Source: Octopus vulgaris (taxonomy: Eukaryota). Taken from it: DNA of 64,000 nt. The first letter of the stretch is position 1; each line of letters starts with the position of its first letter. The stretch covers positions 192,262,001 to 192,326,000 of the forward strand of contig OX597815.1 in the NCBI GenBank assembly GCA_951406725.2, given 5' to 3'. Of this stretch, positions 39,233 through 51,899 are shown piece by piece. The position numbers and the translations under genes are program-made. The notes under the pieces are model-generated. The model worked only from the letters and a program-made list of their open reading frames with translations. It made no database searches and was not told where the DNA came from.

Positions 39233-40449
39233 ATGCTTGTTTTGGTAGGACAGTTTGACAGGAGCCTGGTGAGCTGCAAGGCAGTGTTGAGTTCCCATGT
39301 CATCTTGAACGCCAACCAATTTACAGTGTGTGCTGAGTGCATTTTGTCTTACATGGCACCGGCTCCAGTGGGGTTGCCATGTAACTTGCAAGACAGAAAA
39401 GAACAGAGAAAAAGGAAAAGGGGAAAGCTCCCTGTGAAGGGGAAGGTAGAGGTGGGTGGCTGTATGCCAGGTGTTGAAAAGGCTAGAATATGATAGAGGG
39501 ACAAGCACAGGTGTCTTGCTAAAGAGGAGATAAAAGGCTGAAAGAGATAAAGGGAAGATAGTGATGAATGGGTGGTGGGAGCTAGAGTAAACTCTCAAGG
39601 AACAAAGAACAAGAAGGTGAGCATGAGGTGGGGTAATGACTGTGGATCATAAGAGGGGGGGGGAGAAAGTGGATGTTTTCATAAGAGTTTGAGGAAGGAG
39701 TAAACACGTGGAGGTAGAGATCAGGGTAGGGAGTGATGAGCAAGAGTGGGAATGAAGAGGATGGAAGATACCAGTATAAAGAGGGATGAGGTGGGAGATA
39801 TAGGAATTGCTCAGGAAGGAGAATGAAAGTGAAAGTAGTAGAACCATGGTAAATACTTGCCACCAAATATTAAAACACTAACACCAGCTCATGGTTAATA
39901 AATAAAATCCATCATGAAATTGGTGAATCTCTTGCAAAACACAAAAAACAGAAAAAAAAAGAAAAAAAGAGAGAAGTAAAATGGGGTTGTGATCATAAAA
40001 TGGTTGGATGAAATTTTTTCCACAGGAAATTCATCTAAAATTTGAAATATCTAAATTATTCATAATGAATTCAAAATTAAAATTAAGGTAAACTCAATTT
40101 CCACCATATTTTTTTTTTACCAAAATCAGAATAAATTATTTTGTTTTTTTTTATTTATTTTATTTATTTTATCTAGTTTCAGCTCACAAGCTGTGGCCAT
40201 GCTGGGGCACCGCCATTTAACTGAAATAATTTTTTTTTTTTTTGTGGTTATTCAAAGAAGCAGAGAAGCATTGATTTAAGGATCACTTAATATAATTAAG
40301 TATCAAATTTATTTTTGCAGAAAAAGGGTTGATAGTAACTTCGAAGTGTTGCTGACTGCTTCCTACTGTTGAATTCATCAGCCAACAACTCATGTAACTT
40401 GAAGTCATAACCAACCTAGTTCTATACATATAAAAGGATTTTTTTTGTA

Positions 40450-40533
40450 ATGAGATAAAAAACCAAGGCTGTGTAGATTTTAGAACATTTATAAATGTTC
40501 TAAAATCTACACAGCCTTGGTTTTTTATCTCAT
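40450..40533. repeat. Perfect 84-bp palindrome without spacer
   Basis: atgagataaaaaaccaaggctgtgtagattttagaacattta|taaatgttctaaaatctacacagccttggttttttatctcat. Confidence 0.97.
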
Positions 40534-40552
40534 CATGGAAAAAAATAAAATT

Positions 40553-40927
40553 TGTGTGGTAAGTAGCTTGTTTACCAACCACATGGTTCCAGGTTCAGTC
40601 CCACTGCGTGGCACCTTGGGCAAGTATCTTCTACTATAGCCTCGGGCCGACCAAAGCCTTGTGAGTGGATTTGGTAGATGGAAACTGAAAGAATCCCGTT
40701 GTATATGTGTATATGTGTGCGTGTATGTTTGTATGCCTGTGTTTGTCCCCCCAACATCGCTTGACAACCGAGGCTGGTGTGTTTATGTCCCCGTCACTTA
40801 GCGGTTCGGCAAAAGAGACCGATAGAATAAGTACTGGGCTTACAAAGAATAAGTCCCGGGGTCAAGTTGCTCGACTAAAGGCGGTGCTCCAGCATGGCCG
40901 CAGTCAAATGACTGAAACAAGTAAAAG
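40553..40927 (+). mobile_element. SINE family A
   Basis: Colinear with other family A copies. Confidence 0.9.
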
Positions 40928-41839
40928 AATAAAGAGAGAGAGAGTATGCTGATATATGGCCTACATTGGACCCCTTATTTGCATAATACCAAACCTGAAA
41001 CTTAACTATGGTCTATCCATAGCACTTATTCAGTATTACTTGACACCTTTGGGTCTCACTGACACCATTACCTCTCATAACCTATATATGAAGTATAAGG
41101 ACAGTAAAAGAAATTGTAGGTGTAGATGATCTTTGATTCATAATCCAGGTTGGTACAGTTCCAATATAAATTCTACAAATTGTTTCGAAGTCTAATTAAT
41201 TCCAAAGACAAAAACGAAAAACTCTTCTTGAACTAAAAATTAGATTCTTCGTCAGGAATTACATTTTCATATCAATAATTATCACCAACAAAACTATAAA
41301 AAGACCATTCATAGCCCCCAGAGAGTTTGATAGGAGCTAACCAGCTGAAAGGTTGTTCAGGGTCCATGTCACTTTGGCACGGTTTCTATATATGGTAAGT
41401 TGCAAGTGCAGTTTTAGGTTTCTGCAAACCAATTCAGTGATTTTACTAAGATTTGGTGTACAAGAAGTACCTTTGCAGATGAATAATTTTTCAGTGGGTT
41501 TTGTGTGCACTGCACTAGCCCCATCTATTGACCCAAGAAGACTTTCACCGGTGTGACACGAGAATTGACAAAACCAAGAACTTCCAAGGCCTCGGGTCTT
41601 ATTTTATATATATCATCATCATTGTTTAACATCAGTTTTCCATGCTGGCATGGGTTGGATGGTTTGACAGAAGCTGATCAGCTGAAGGGCTGTTCATGTC
41701 TGTTTTAGAAACTGTGCCAAAAGAGACATGGGCCCTGAACGGCCCCTCAGCTAGTCAGCTCCTGTCAAACCGTCCAGTCTATGCTAACATGGAAAACAGA
41801 TATTAAACAATGATGTTGATGATGTATACTCTCATTACT

Positions 41840-42450
41840 CTCTTTTACTTATTTCAGTCATTTGACTGTGGCCATGCTGGAGCACCGCCTTTATAGTCGA
41901 GCAAATCGACCCCAGAGCTTATTCTTTGTAAGCCTAGTACTTCTTCTATCGGTCTCTTTTGCAGAACCACTGAGTTACGGGGACGTAAACACACTAGCAT
42001 CGGTTGTCAAGCGATGCTGGGGGCGACAAACAGACACATACATATATATATATAAAGGGAAAGTTTACAAAAATAAACAAAAGATGAAGGCAGGTGGAGT
42101 ACAAACAAACAAATGTATTAGTATAGCGCTCAGGAATAGAAATAGAAAAAGTCTTTTACGTTTCGAGCCTACGCTCTTCGACAGAAAGATACACAGAAAA
42201 GAAACAAGGAGAGAAAAAAATGCATGTAGGAGCTAACGATCTATCATGGCATCCTGGTGTATATATATATATATATACACATATATAACGGGCTTCTTCC
42301 AGTTTTCATCTACCAAATCCACTCACAAGGCTTTGGTCGGCCCAAGGCTATAGTAGAAGACACTTTCCCAAGGTGCCACGCAGTGGGACTGAACCTGGAA
42401 CCATGTGGTTGGTAAGCAAGCTACTTACCACACAGCCACTCCTGCGCCTA
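41840..42450 (-). mobile_element. SINE family A interrupted by a Penelope pseudo-LTR (42057-42250)
   Basis: SINE halves at 41840-42040 and 42285-42450; the pLTR sits in the internal (TA)n. Confidence 0.88.
42153..42188 (-). ncRNA. Minimal hammerhead-like motif with CUGUCGA core
   Basis: CTTT-CTGTCGA-A-GAGC-GTAG-GCTC-GAAAC-GTA-AAAG; stems I and II perfectly paired, palindromic ACGT in place of stem III. Confidence 0.65.
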
Positions 42451-43655
42451 TATATATATATATATATATATATCTAGGTACAACATGAAATTTCCAGAAC
42501 TTCTGCTTCAAATCCTTTCCAGATTACTAATACATGTGTGTGATACACGTATGTGCCTTTGTGATTGTGTTTGTCCTCCAGCACCAGCACTTGACCACTG
42601 ATGTTGTTTTGTTTACATCCCCCGTAACTTAGAGGTTTGGCACGAAAGACCAATAGAATAAGTATTAGGCTTACAAAAATTAAATACTGGAGTTGATTCA
42701 TTTGACTAAAAATTCTTCAAGGTGGTGCCCCAGCATGGCCACAATCTAATGACTGAAGCAAGTAAAAGATAAATGATAAAAAAAAAGATAAATAATAACC
42801 TTTATTTTCCGCCTCCCCCGCTGCTCCCACACTGGTAATAAACAACAAAAAAATGTAGAACTCCCTCTTGTCCAATTAGAGGGTTTGCAGCTTTGTATAA
42901 TAAACAAAGGGCACATTAACCACAGCTAGGAAGTGAAACATATATAAGGAATAAGGAGTGGTTGGAGATCACACGGTCGTTAGCCTCAAATTGCCAGGCC
43001 TGTTCGGCATTTGTGAGAGATGCAGCACTGAGGATGAATGAAGCCAGCTCAACCCACCCCGGGTGAATGCTGTCTCAAGAGACAAGAGAAGAAACATGTA
43101 GAGTTTTTAACCTCTCTACTTCACTTCTTTTAACACACCACCTCAAAAACAAACAAAAATCAGACCCTACTCATATAAGACCCCTTTAACAATGGATTTA
43201 ATGGAGATGTTGTATTAACCTAGTTGAATTGAAGCTTGTCGTTAATTATTACAAGTAGAATTCTCTGCGTTGTCTTGCAGCAAATGACTCCCCTTGGAAT
43301 ATGAACACACGAGCAGCCAAGAGTTATGTACAAGTTCACTTAATCAGTACTGAACTTCACATTTGATCACTTTCACCCTAAATGAGAGTAAACAAAGATC
43401 TTTGTTGGAAACCCCCGCTGGCTGGCTGGGAATGAATAATTAGCTTGCGTAAAACAGAAATGGAATAAAAAATAAACAATAACGCATTATCTTGAGATAT
43501 TATAGCATCTCAGATGCATAGCAATAAGTACTTTCGCAGGTCTTTTGTTAGTGGAGATAAAAAAAAGACTATTACTCTTATGTTTTTCTTGCAGTGGTGA
43601 GTATATATATATATACTCATACACATCTATCTATCGACATATATCTCTCTCTCTC

Positions 43656-43712
<57 letters not shown>

Positions 43713-43713
43713 G

Positions 43714-43746
<33 letters not shown>

Positions 43747-43961
43747 GAGGAGAGGGGAGAAATAGATGTAATTTATTTATTTAGGCTTTTTTGTCTTTTT
43801 TGGGGTTTTCTTTGTTGCTGACTTTAGATTATGGAGATATAAATGGTTTCTGGAAGTTTACGTAGGACAACAGAAGACAACATCTACTTTGCCATAAGGA
43901 TAATTGATGTACAAAGTTGACAAATCTTCAATTGAATTAATACACAATTGCTCACACACAT

Positions 43962-43999
<38 letters not shown>

Positions 44000-44349
44000 C
44001 ATGTAGATATAGATGTGTATGTGTATGTATGTGTATATATATATATATATATAAGCATATGTGTGCTTGTATATACACATCATTTATTCAAAGCTGTGAC
44101 TGTGTAAATTGCTATATATGCAGACTTACCTTTGAACAAAATTAATGTTATTCCAGTCTTCTAGTCTGCCCTGGTAGTATTGAGTACACTTTTTTTTTTA
44201 TTTACTTAATTGCAATTAGACCAGTGTGAAACCATTATACAAAACACAGAACCTGCACACACAGACAGATAGACACACACACACACACACACGTACGCAT
44301 GCCCAATCAGAGATAATGATGTGGCTCAGTAAAAGATATTGATAGAATA

Positions 44350-44552
44350 AGTTTCAGTCATTTGATTGTGGCCATGCTGGAGCACTGCCTTTAGTCGAGC
44401 AAATCGACCCCAGGACTTATTCTTTGGAAGCCTAGTACTTATTCTTTCAGTCTCTTTTGCTGAACCGCTAAGTTATGGGGACATAAACACACCAGCATCG
44501 GTTGTCAAGCAATGCTAGTGGGACAAACACAGACACACAAACATAGACACAA

Positions 44553-44591
<39 letters not shown>

Positions 44592-45125
44592 CATACGACG
44601 GGTTTCTTTCAGTTTCCATCTACCAAATCCACTCACAAGGCTTTGGTCGGCCCGAGGCTATAGTAGTAGACACTTGCCCAAGGTGCCACACAGTAGGACT
44701 GAACCCAGAACCATGTGGTTCGTAAGGAAGCTACTTACCAGACAGCCACTCCTACATCTTTTATCTTTCCTTTCTTTCAGTCATCAGATTGCGGCCAAGC
44801 TGGGGCACTGCCTTGAAGAACTTTTAGTCAAACAAATCAACACCTGTACTTATTTTCTTTTAAAAACCTGCTGTTTTTCTATTGTTCTATCAATATCTTT
44901 TGCTGAACCACCAAGTTATGAAGATGTAAACAAACCAACACCAGTTGTCAAACGGTGGGAGGGGGACAAACACACAAACACATGTACACATGCACGCACA
45001 CACATACATGACAGGCTTCTTTCAGTTTCCTTCTACGAAATCCACCCACATGGCTTTGGTTGGCTTGAAGCTAAAGTAGAAAATACTTGTCCAAGGTGCC
45101 ATGAAGTAAAACTGAACCCAGAACC
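44350..45125 (-). mobile_element. Two adjacent SINE family A copies
   Basis: Copy at ~44350-44755 and an older copy at ~44760-45125. Confidence 0.85.
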
Positions 45126-46427
45126 GTATACCTAGGTAGTGTTTTTATTTTTGTCATATCCGCCGCCCCCCCCTTGTTCGACATGATTGTCATAAGGGGA
45201 ATGTTTCCCAGATATTTGTCAATGGAATCCAGAGTAACTTTGTTGTATGTTGTCTTACTCGCATCTGGATGATGCATGGTTGGAGGAGGTTAGCAAAAAA
45301 TAAATTTACTGAGGTAGGTGATCCTGTTAGAGCTGTAAATATTTCGTAAAGAATCCGTTCATACCTCGGTGTGAAATAACTTTTTTCCACAGGTTTTTTT
45401 CAAGTGCATTCAACGTATCTGACCTCCAAACTCACCACAAGCCACAAGTTTTGTTTCGCGTTTATTTTTTCCCCACTATTCCGGGTTATTTCGCATGCTT
45501 TCAACGAATGTGACATCAAAATCATGCTACATGCGTAAACGGCTCCTTTCCCCAGAAAAGGATTTGGCTGCTATTTCTAGTACGATCTGCTACCACATAA
45601 TAGCTATTTCGTACAAGGCAGGACAATAATTGCTGTAGACCAGGGCTGAGGAAACCCCTGCTCGCGGGCACAATTGCGTCCGCGAGCATATTTTATTACG
45701 CCCGCGGGCTGATTATACTTGTATGTAAAAAATAAAGTAAATTTTTGGATTGTAAAATTTATACAATACTCGTATACCTATTTGCGACATAGGTCTGGTT
45801 TTTACTATGACTTAAAACGGGATAGACTCGAACTGAAATCCTCCGGTTATTGCCATTTGAATGGAAATTTTGTTTTCACTATAAAACACCTATTGCTAGG
45901 TTTGTACTAACCCCTTGAGACCCAACTACACTTAAGCTGAGAAAACTAAAAATATATTGCATGTATCGAAATAATTTTTATATGAGATAAAAGCTGAAAG
46001 GGTATAGAAGATACAGTGTAAAAATTATTCATATCCCAAAACTCCAAGTATTTAAATTTTTCCCCCTATTTTATTCTTCACGTTTTTCGAAAAAAATTCT
46101 CCGAAATAGACACTCATAATCGATAAGCAAAAAATATTTTTTAAATCTATTGAAAATCAAAAACAAATTGGTAAAGCTTCGTAGAAACAGAAACTATTAA
46201 TTTGGTGCTTTGTGAACAGGATTATAAAAAAATATTACTTACCTTTTTTCTGAAGAAGCAGTGAAAAATAATGTTTTTCGAAAGGGGGTGTCGTACTTTT
46301 TCTATCAGTCGGTGTCAAGAACGTCAACAGGAGTTACTGTCATCTGCCATCGGCTTATCAGTTATCGCCCTTGCCTATCCACTCGCTTGTCAACACCTGT
46401 GCGGACAAGGAAGAAAGAAAAATCAAG

Positions 46428-47222
46428 TTTACGAACCACATGGTTCCGGGTTCAGTCCCACTGCGTAGCACCTTGGGCAAGTGTCTTCTACTATAGCCTC
46501 GGGCCGACCAAAGTCTTGTGAGTGAATTTAGTAGACGGAAACTGAAAGAAGCCCGACATATATATGTATGTGTGTGTATATATGCATGTGTGTCTGTGTT
46601 TGTTCCCCCCAACATCGCTTGACAACCGATGCTGGTGTGTTTACGTCCCCATAACTTAGCAGTTCGGCAAAAAAAGACTGATAGAATAAGTACTAGGCTT
46701 ACAAAGAATAAGTCCTGGAGTCTATTTGCTCGACTAAAGGCGGTGCTCCAGCATGGCCACAGTCAAATGACTGAAACAAGTAAAAGAGTAAAGAGTAAAC
46801 CTTGCAGAACCAAGCAATATTCTTTTACTCTTTTTACTTGTTTCGATCGTTGACTGTGGCCATGCTGGAGCACTACCTTTAGTCGAGCAAAGCGACCCCA
46901 GGACTTATTCTTTGTAAACCTAGTACTTATTCTATCGGTCTTCCTTTTGCCGAACCGCTATGTTATGGGGACGTAAACACACCAGCATCGGTTGTCAAGC
47001 GATGTTGGTGGTGGTGGTGGTGGATGGGTGGGACCAAACACATCCACACTCACACACATATATACGACGAGCTTCTTTCAGTTTCCGTCTTCCAAATCCA
47101 TTCACAAGGCTTTGGTCGGCCCGAGGCTATAGTAGAAGATGCTTGCCCAAAGTGCCACATAGTGGAACTGAACCCGGAACCATGTGGTTAGTAAGCAATC
47201 TACTTCTCACATAGCCACTCCT
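46428..47222. mobile_element. Tail-to-tail SINE A pair
   Basis: Plus copy at 46428-46797 and minus copy at 46820-47222. Confidence 0.88.
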
Positions 47223-47963
47223 TAGCAGATTTTAAAAATTTTTTGCTATTTTTACAACTCTAAATGCATACATTACGACTACGTGCCAGTTGGCTTTTGT
47301 TTTTCCCAGGCAGCGGTAATAAAAAAAATTCCGAAAGTGAGAATATAAATTTAACTGGTTAATAACTTTGTTAGATCAATTTTTTTAATACCTGTATCAA
47401 TATGGCAAGCGGTTATAAAAATCCTATAAAAAGAAGTGCTGGTGAACGTGCTTTGTTTGATGAAAAATGGACTGAGCTTTTTTTTATTATTATTATTGAA
47501 ATAGATAACAACTGCATTTGTCTTATTTGCAACGAACAAGTAGCCGTTCATAAAAAAATATAACATAGAGAAGCATTTTGTGAGTAAGCATAAGATTTAT
47601 GGAAATTTAAAAGAATCTGAACGTTTTGACAAGCTAACCTCCTTGAAAGAAAATCTGACCAAAAAAATCAAACTTTTTTAAAAGGCCAGTTCTTGAAAGT
47701 TAATCAGTTACTCGAGCTAGTTATTCGGTATACGAAAATATTGCTAAAAAACTCAAACCACATAGCGATGGTGAATTCGTGAAAGAATGTATCCTTACTT
47801 AATTTGTTTGGAAATATTAGCTTATCAAGAAGAACTTTTTCTGATCGTATTAAAGATATTGCTGATGACATTCAAAATTCTTTAAAATCTGATTCAGCAG
47901 AATTCGTATTGTATTCATTAGCTATTGATGAGACAACTGATCTGTCTAATACTGCTCAGATAG

Positions 47964-48175
47964 CTGGCAGAAACGTTAGCACGCCGGGCGAAATGTGTAG
48001 CCGTATTTCATCTGCCGTTACGTTATGGGTTCAAATTCCGCCGAAGTCGACTTTGCCTTTCATCCTTTCGGGGTCGATAAATTAAGTACCAGTTACGCAC
48101 TGGGGTCAACGTAATCGACTTAATCCGCTTGTTTGTCCCCTCTGTGTTTAGCCCCTTGTGGGTAGTAAAGAAATA
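47964..48175 (+). mobile_element. SINE family B inserted in the hAT transposase
   Basis: TSD taatact(g/a)ctcagatagc at ~47947-47964 and ~48176-48193. Confidence 0.9.
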
Positions 48176-49141
48176 TAATACTACTCAGATAGCAATATTT
48201 ATACTTGCAATAACTGCAAAATTCAACATTCGGGAAGAATTTCTTGCCTGAAATCAATGCATGAAACAACTAGAGGTGAAGATTTATTTCAAATAGTCAA
48301 CACGGCCTTGAAAGATTTTGATTTGATTTACCATATGAAAAAATGAATGGTCTTGCTACAGATGGCGCCCCTTCTATGGTAGGTTGTGAAAAAGGGTTCG
48401 TAGCTCTGATTAAGAATGAATTTAAGAAGATCCGGAAACTGTAATTATGTGTCTCTGCTTTATTCATGTGGAAAGTTTATGTGCAAAATCTCTCAAGATG
48501 GGCAATGTAATGAAAGTTGTAACTAAGGTCGTTAATTTGATAGGGAATTTAAAGAATTTTTGAAAGATCTTGAAGCCGACTATGGGGGTTTATTGTACCA
48601 TTGTGAAGTTAAGTGGTTAAATAAGGCCCAAATGCTTAAGTGATTTTATGAACCGAAGGAAGAAGGGAAATTTTTTTTGGATATTAAAGGTGTTCCTATT
48701 ATAGAACTGGAAGATAAAAAGTTTCAAAATGATTTTTAGTAGATAATTAAATTATGTAAAAATTCGTCTTCGTACCAGACTTAATAACAAAAACCTGAGT
48801 AATGAACTAAGAATAGCAGTTTCTTCAAAGACGTGATATTCTTAAACAAAGCCAAATTTTAAAGTTAAGGTTAATTATCTTTGATAAAATTACCACTAGG
48901 ATAAATTTGTTCAAATATGTCATTTACACATAATACAGTTTAGATATTAATGTAATTTTCAAAATTAAATTCGGTGTGTGCTTGACTGTTATGATTTCTC
49001 CAACATTAGGATAGGTACATTTTGGAAAATATAGAATACCACATATGCAATATAAAGTCCTAAATTCAGTGGCGGCGTTAATGAAGATGTTACGCATTAA
49101 TTTAATGTGTTAAACTAATCTTTATTAATGTATATCGAATT

Positions 49142-49219
<78 letters not shown>

Positions 49220-49391
49220 ATATATGTATATATACAGAGCTGAGCTCTCTCATGCCGCACGAAATGCGAACAATGAAAAGAATAGATACGAATACACGAT
49301 AAAGAAATGTTGAAATTCCACACGGGAAAAATCTGTTGTAAAATATTTGTCAGGAAGGCGTGACGTGTGTTTAAGCTTAAAAAAAAAGAGA

Positions 49392-49712
49392 CCCCTTTCG
49401 GTCATGAGTGACCTTGGGATACACCTAGACAGTTCCCTTCCGATGCACAAGTCCGGGCACGGTGGTTTATGGAAGACCAGTAGTCACCCATGCGTATCAG
49501 TATCCCCTCTCCACGCCACTGATGTTGTCTGAGGGAAAGGCAAACTCCGATATAGCTTGGCATCAATGATACCACAACACATTTCTGCTGCTGAGTGAAC
49601 TGGAGCAACATGAAATATAGTGTCTTGCTCAAGAACACAACACACTCCCCAGTCTGGGAATCGAATTCACTACCTCATGATTGTAAGACCGACGCTCTAA
49701 CCACTGCCATGC
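49392..49712 (-). mobile_element. CORE-like SINE family C variant
   Basis: tRNA-like head at right; tail shared with ~13150-13335 and ~31955-32150. Confidence 0.78.
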
Positions 49713-49996
49713 GTTGCAGCAACGAAAGACTTTTACGTAAACGGAGCTAGCAAAATCAGACTAGAGAAAAATAGCGCTAGATACGACTTTCGGATTCTGC
49801 AGACCCGAAAGTAACAATAAAATGGAAACCTAGACGCTTTCGAAAAAGATTCCCTTAGTTCAATAAAGATTATGGAATTTAAAGGTAGAAATAATTTCTA
49901 ATATTGAATACACTCGAGTTTAGAAACAATTAAATCCCACCGAAGCTATTCATATTTGTCGAACTAAACGAAGAACCATTTACGCATACAAAAGCG

Positions 49997-50590
49997 GGAT
50001 CTTTACCTTTTGACCTACACATTTAAAAAATAATCTTTTGTAACTAAAAACTATCAAACTTCGGAAACTGGTAGAATGTGTCATATAAAACATTTTTTAA
50101 TCTTGGCATTTTTGAGAAAAACTTATATTTACGAAGTTATTTCACGTTAAAGTTGTCCTATTTCGGTAATTTCAACCAATCAATGACGTGTATTCAGCTG
50201 AATAACATTACTGCTGTTATTTGTTAAAAGAACTTCCGGCGGTGTGTATTTCATTTGTCACTGTTATTTATGACAACCCTAAAAAGCTAAAACCAGTACA
50301 AACACACAAACAATGTCATAAATAACAGTGACAAAAGAAAAATACACCGCTGGAAGTTCTTGTTGACAAACAACGGCAGTAATTTTATTCAGCTGAATAC
50401 AGGCCATTGATTGGTTGATATTACCGAAATATGAGAACTTTAACGTGAAATAACTTCGTAAATATAAGTTTTTCTCAAAAATGCTAAGAGTAAAAGATGT
50501 TTTATATGACACATTCTACCAGTGTCCGAAGTTTGAAATTGTTTAGTTACAAAAAATTATTTTTTAAATTTTTAAATAAGGTAAAGATCC
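49997..50590. mobile_element. Foldback MITE (~280-bp arms), possibly Merlin-type
   Basis: Termini GGATCTTTACCTT / AAGGTAAAGATCC; perfect 8-bp TSD CAAAAGCG (49989-49996, 50591-50598). Confidence 0.9.
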
Positions 50591-50649
50591 CAAAAGCGTC
50601 CAACACAATAGTATTGCAAATTCCCACAATAACCCAGAAGCGCAATTAA

Positions 50650-51260
50650 TCCTTTCTGCTATAGGTACAATACCTAAAAGTTGTGAAAGGAGATAAGTCG
50701 ACCACATCGACCCAGTACGTAACTGGTACTTATTTTATCGAATCCGAAAGAATGAAAGGCAAAGTCGACCTCGGCGGAATTTGAACTCAGAACGTAAAGA
50801 CAGACGAATACCTATTTATTTACTACCCACAAGGGGATAAACACAGAAAGGACAAAGAAGGACAGACAAACGGATTAAGTCGATTATATCGACCCCAGTG
50901 CGAAATTGGTACTAATTTATCGATCCCAGAAGGATGAAAAGCAAAGTCGACCTCGGCGGAATTTGAACTCAGAACGTAGCGGCAGACGAAATACCGCTCA
51001 GCATTTCGCCCTGCGTCCTAACGTTTCTTATTTCTTTACTACCCACAAGGGGCTAAACATAAGGGGACAAAAAAGGACAGAGAAAGAGTTTAAGTCGATT
51101 ACATCGACCCCAGTGCGTAACTGGTACTTATTTTATCGACCCCGAAAGAATGAAAAGCAAAGTCGACCTCGGCGGAATTTGAACTCAGAACTTAGCGACG
51201 GGTGAAATACTGCTAAGCATTTCTCCCGACGTGCTAACAACTTTGCCAGTTCACCATCTT
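50650..51260 (-). mobile_element. SINE family B multimer
   Basis: Three units on the minus strand, CpG-rich. Confidence 0.88.
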
Positions 51261-51559
51261 GCGGAAGCACGGTTAATAACCACAGAAGATTAACGTTCAT
51301 GACAGACTTAAGTTCCTCGTCAAAAGATAATCTCAGTTTTTATCACATTGAAGGCCTACAAAACAACTTCTAGAACTTTCTTAAATTGTAACTCATTGAT
51401 TTCACCCGAAATGATTTCGACATATTTAATAAAACGTCTTTAGGTAGAATATACGCTGACATGAAGCATTCTGCGTATTCGAGGGTTATCAAATGGTTCA
51501 AATATGTTTGTTCAGTTCAGAAAAGCAGAACGGGCGATTTGGATATTCATTTGGGTAGC

Positions 51560-51850
51560 TTTGTAGTGACGCCATTTTGGAAATCTTCAGCAGGCATGCG
51601 CAGAGTTGAATTCTTCCGGTAGGCCTGCTGGAAGTTCCCTCATGTGCATGCGCAGAAAACTTGCAGCAGCGAAATTTCCCTCGTATCGTCCTGTCGAATG
51701 CTGACAGCCGGACAGGACGGACGTGATTTAGCAGCCCTCTGAAGCTGCACATCGTGGCGTTGCTACGCTATGCTTGAACGGACAGGATTTGGCTCACTGC
51801 ACTTGACTACTGCGACGAGCTCCTAGGCTGCCGATTCGCCCTGAAGAAGA
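51560..51850. promoter_or_regulatory. GC/CpG-rich island with YY1, 2x NRF1-like and ETS-like motifs (candidate promoter)
   Basis: CGCCATTTTG at 51570-51579, GCATGCGCA at 51594-51602 and 51646-51654, CTTCCGGT at 51613-51620; unique sequence. Confidence 0.45.
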
Positions 51851-51899
51851 ATGTATGTATTGCGAATCCCGAAATGAAATATTTATGCTGTTGAAATTA

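Larger units (their letters stand above)
45641..48840 (+). mobile_element. hAT (Charlie/SPIN, GTF2IRD2-like) transposon remnant with SINE insertions
   Basis: Left end cagggctgaggaaacccc..cgcgggc; decayed transposase at ~47410-48830 with LSRRTFSDRI, YSLAIDETTDLSNTAQ, LATDGAPSMVG, YHCEVKWL; right TIR not found, so linking the TIR to the ORF is inference. Confidence 0.8.

Noticed and set aside
43580-43602. 2-nt microexon (ttttcttgcag|TG|gtgagt)
   Set aside because: Cannot be distinguished from a chance AG before an ordinary donor; no flanking exons identified
44512-45135. 207-aa ORF and recurring GFGRPEAIVEDTCPRCH peptides
   Set aside because: Antisense read-through of SINE family A copies
51840-51880. 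CTGAAGA...CGAAAT hammerhead-like spacing
   Set aside because: Stem II weak; no stem III/NUH or stem I
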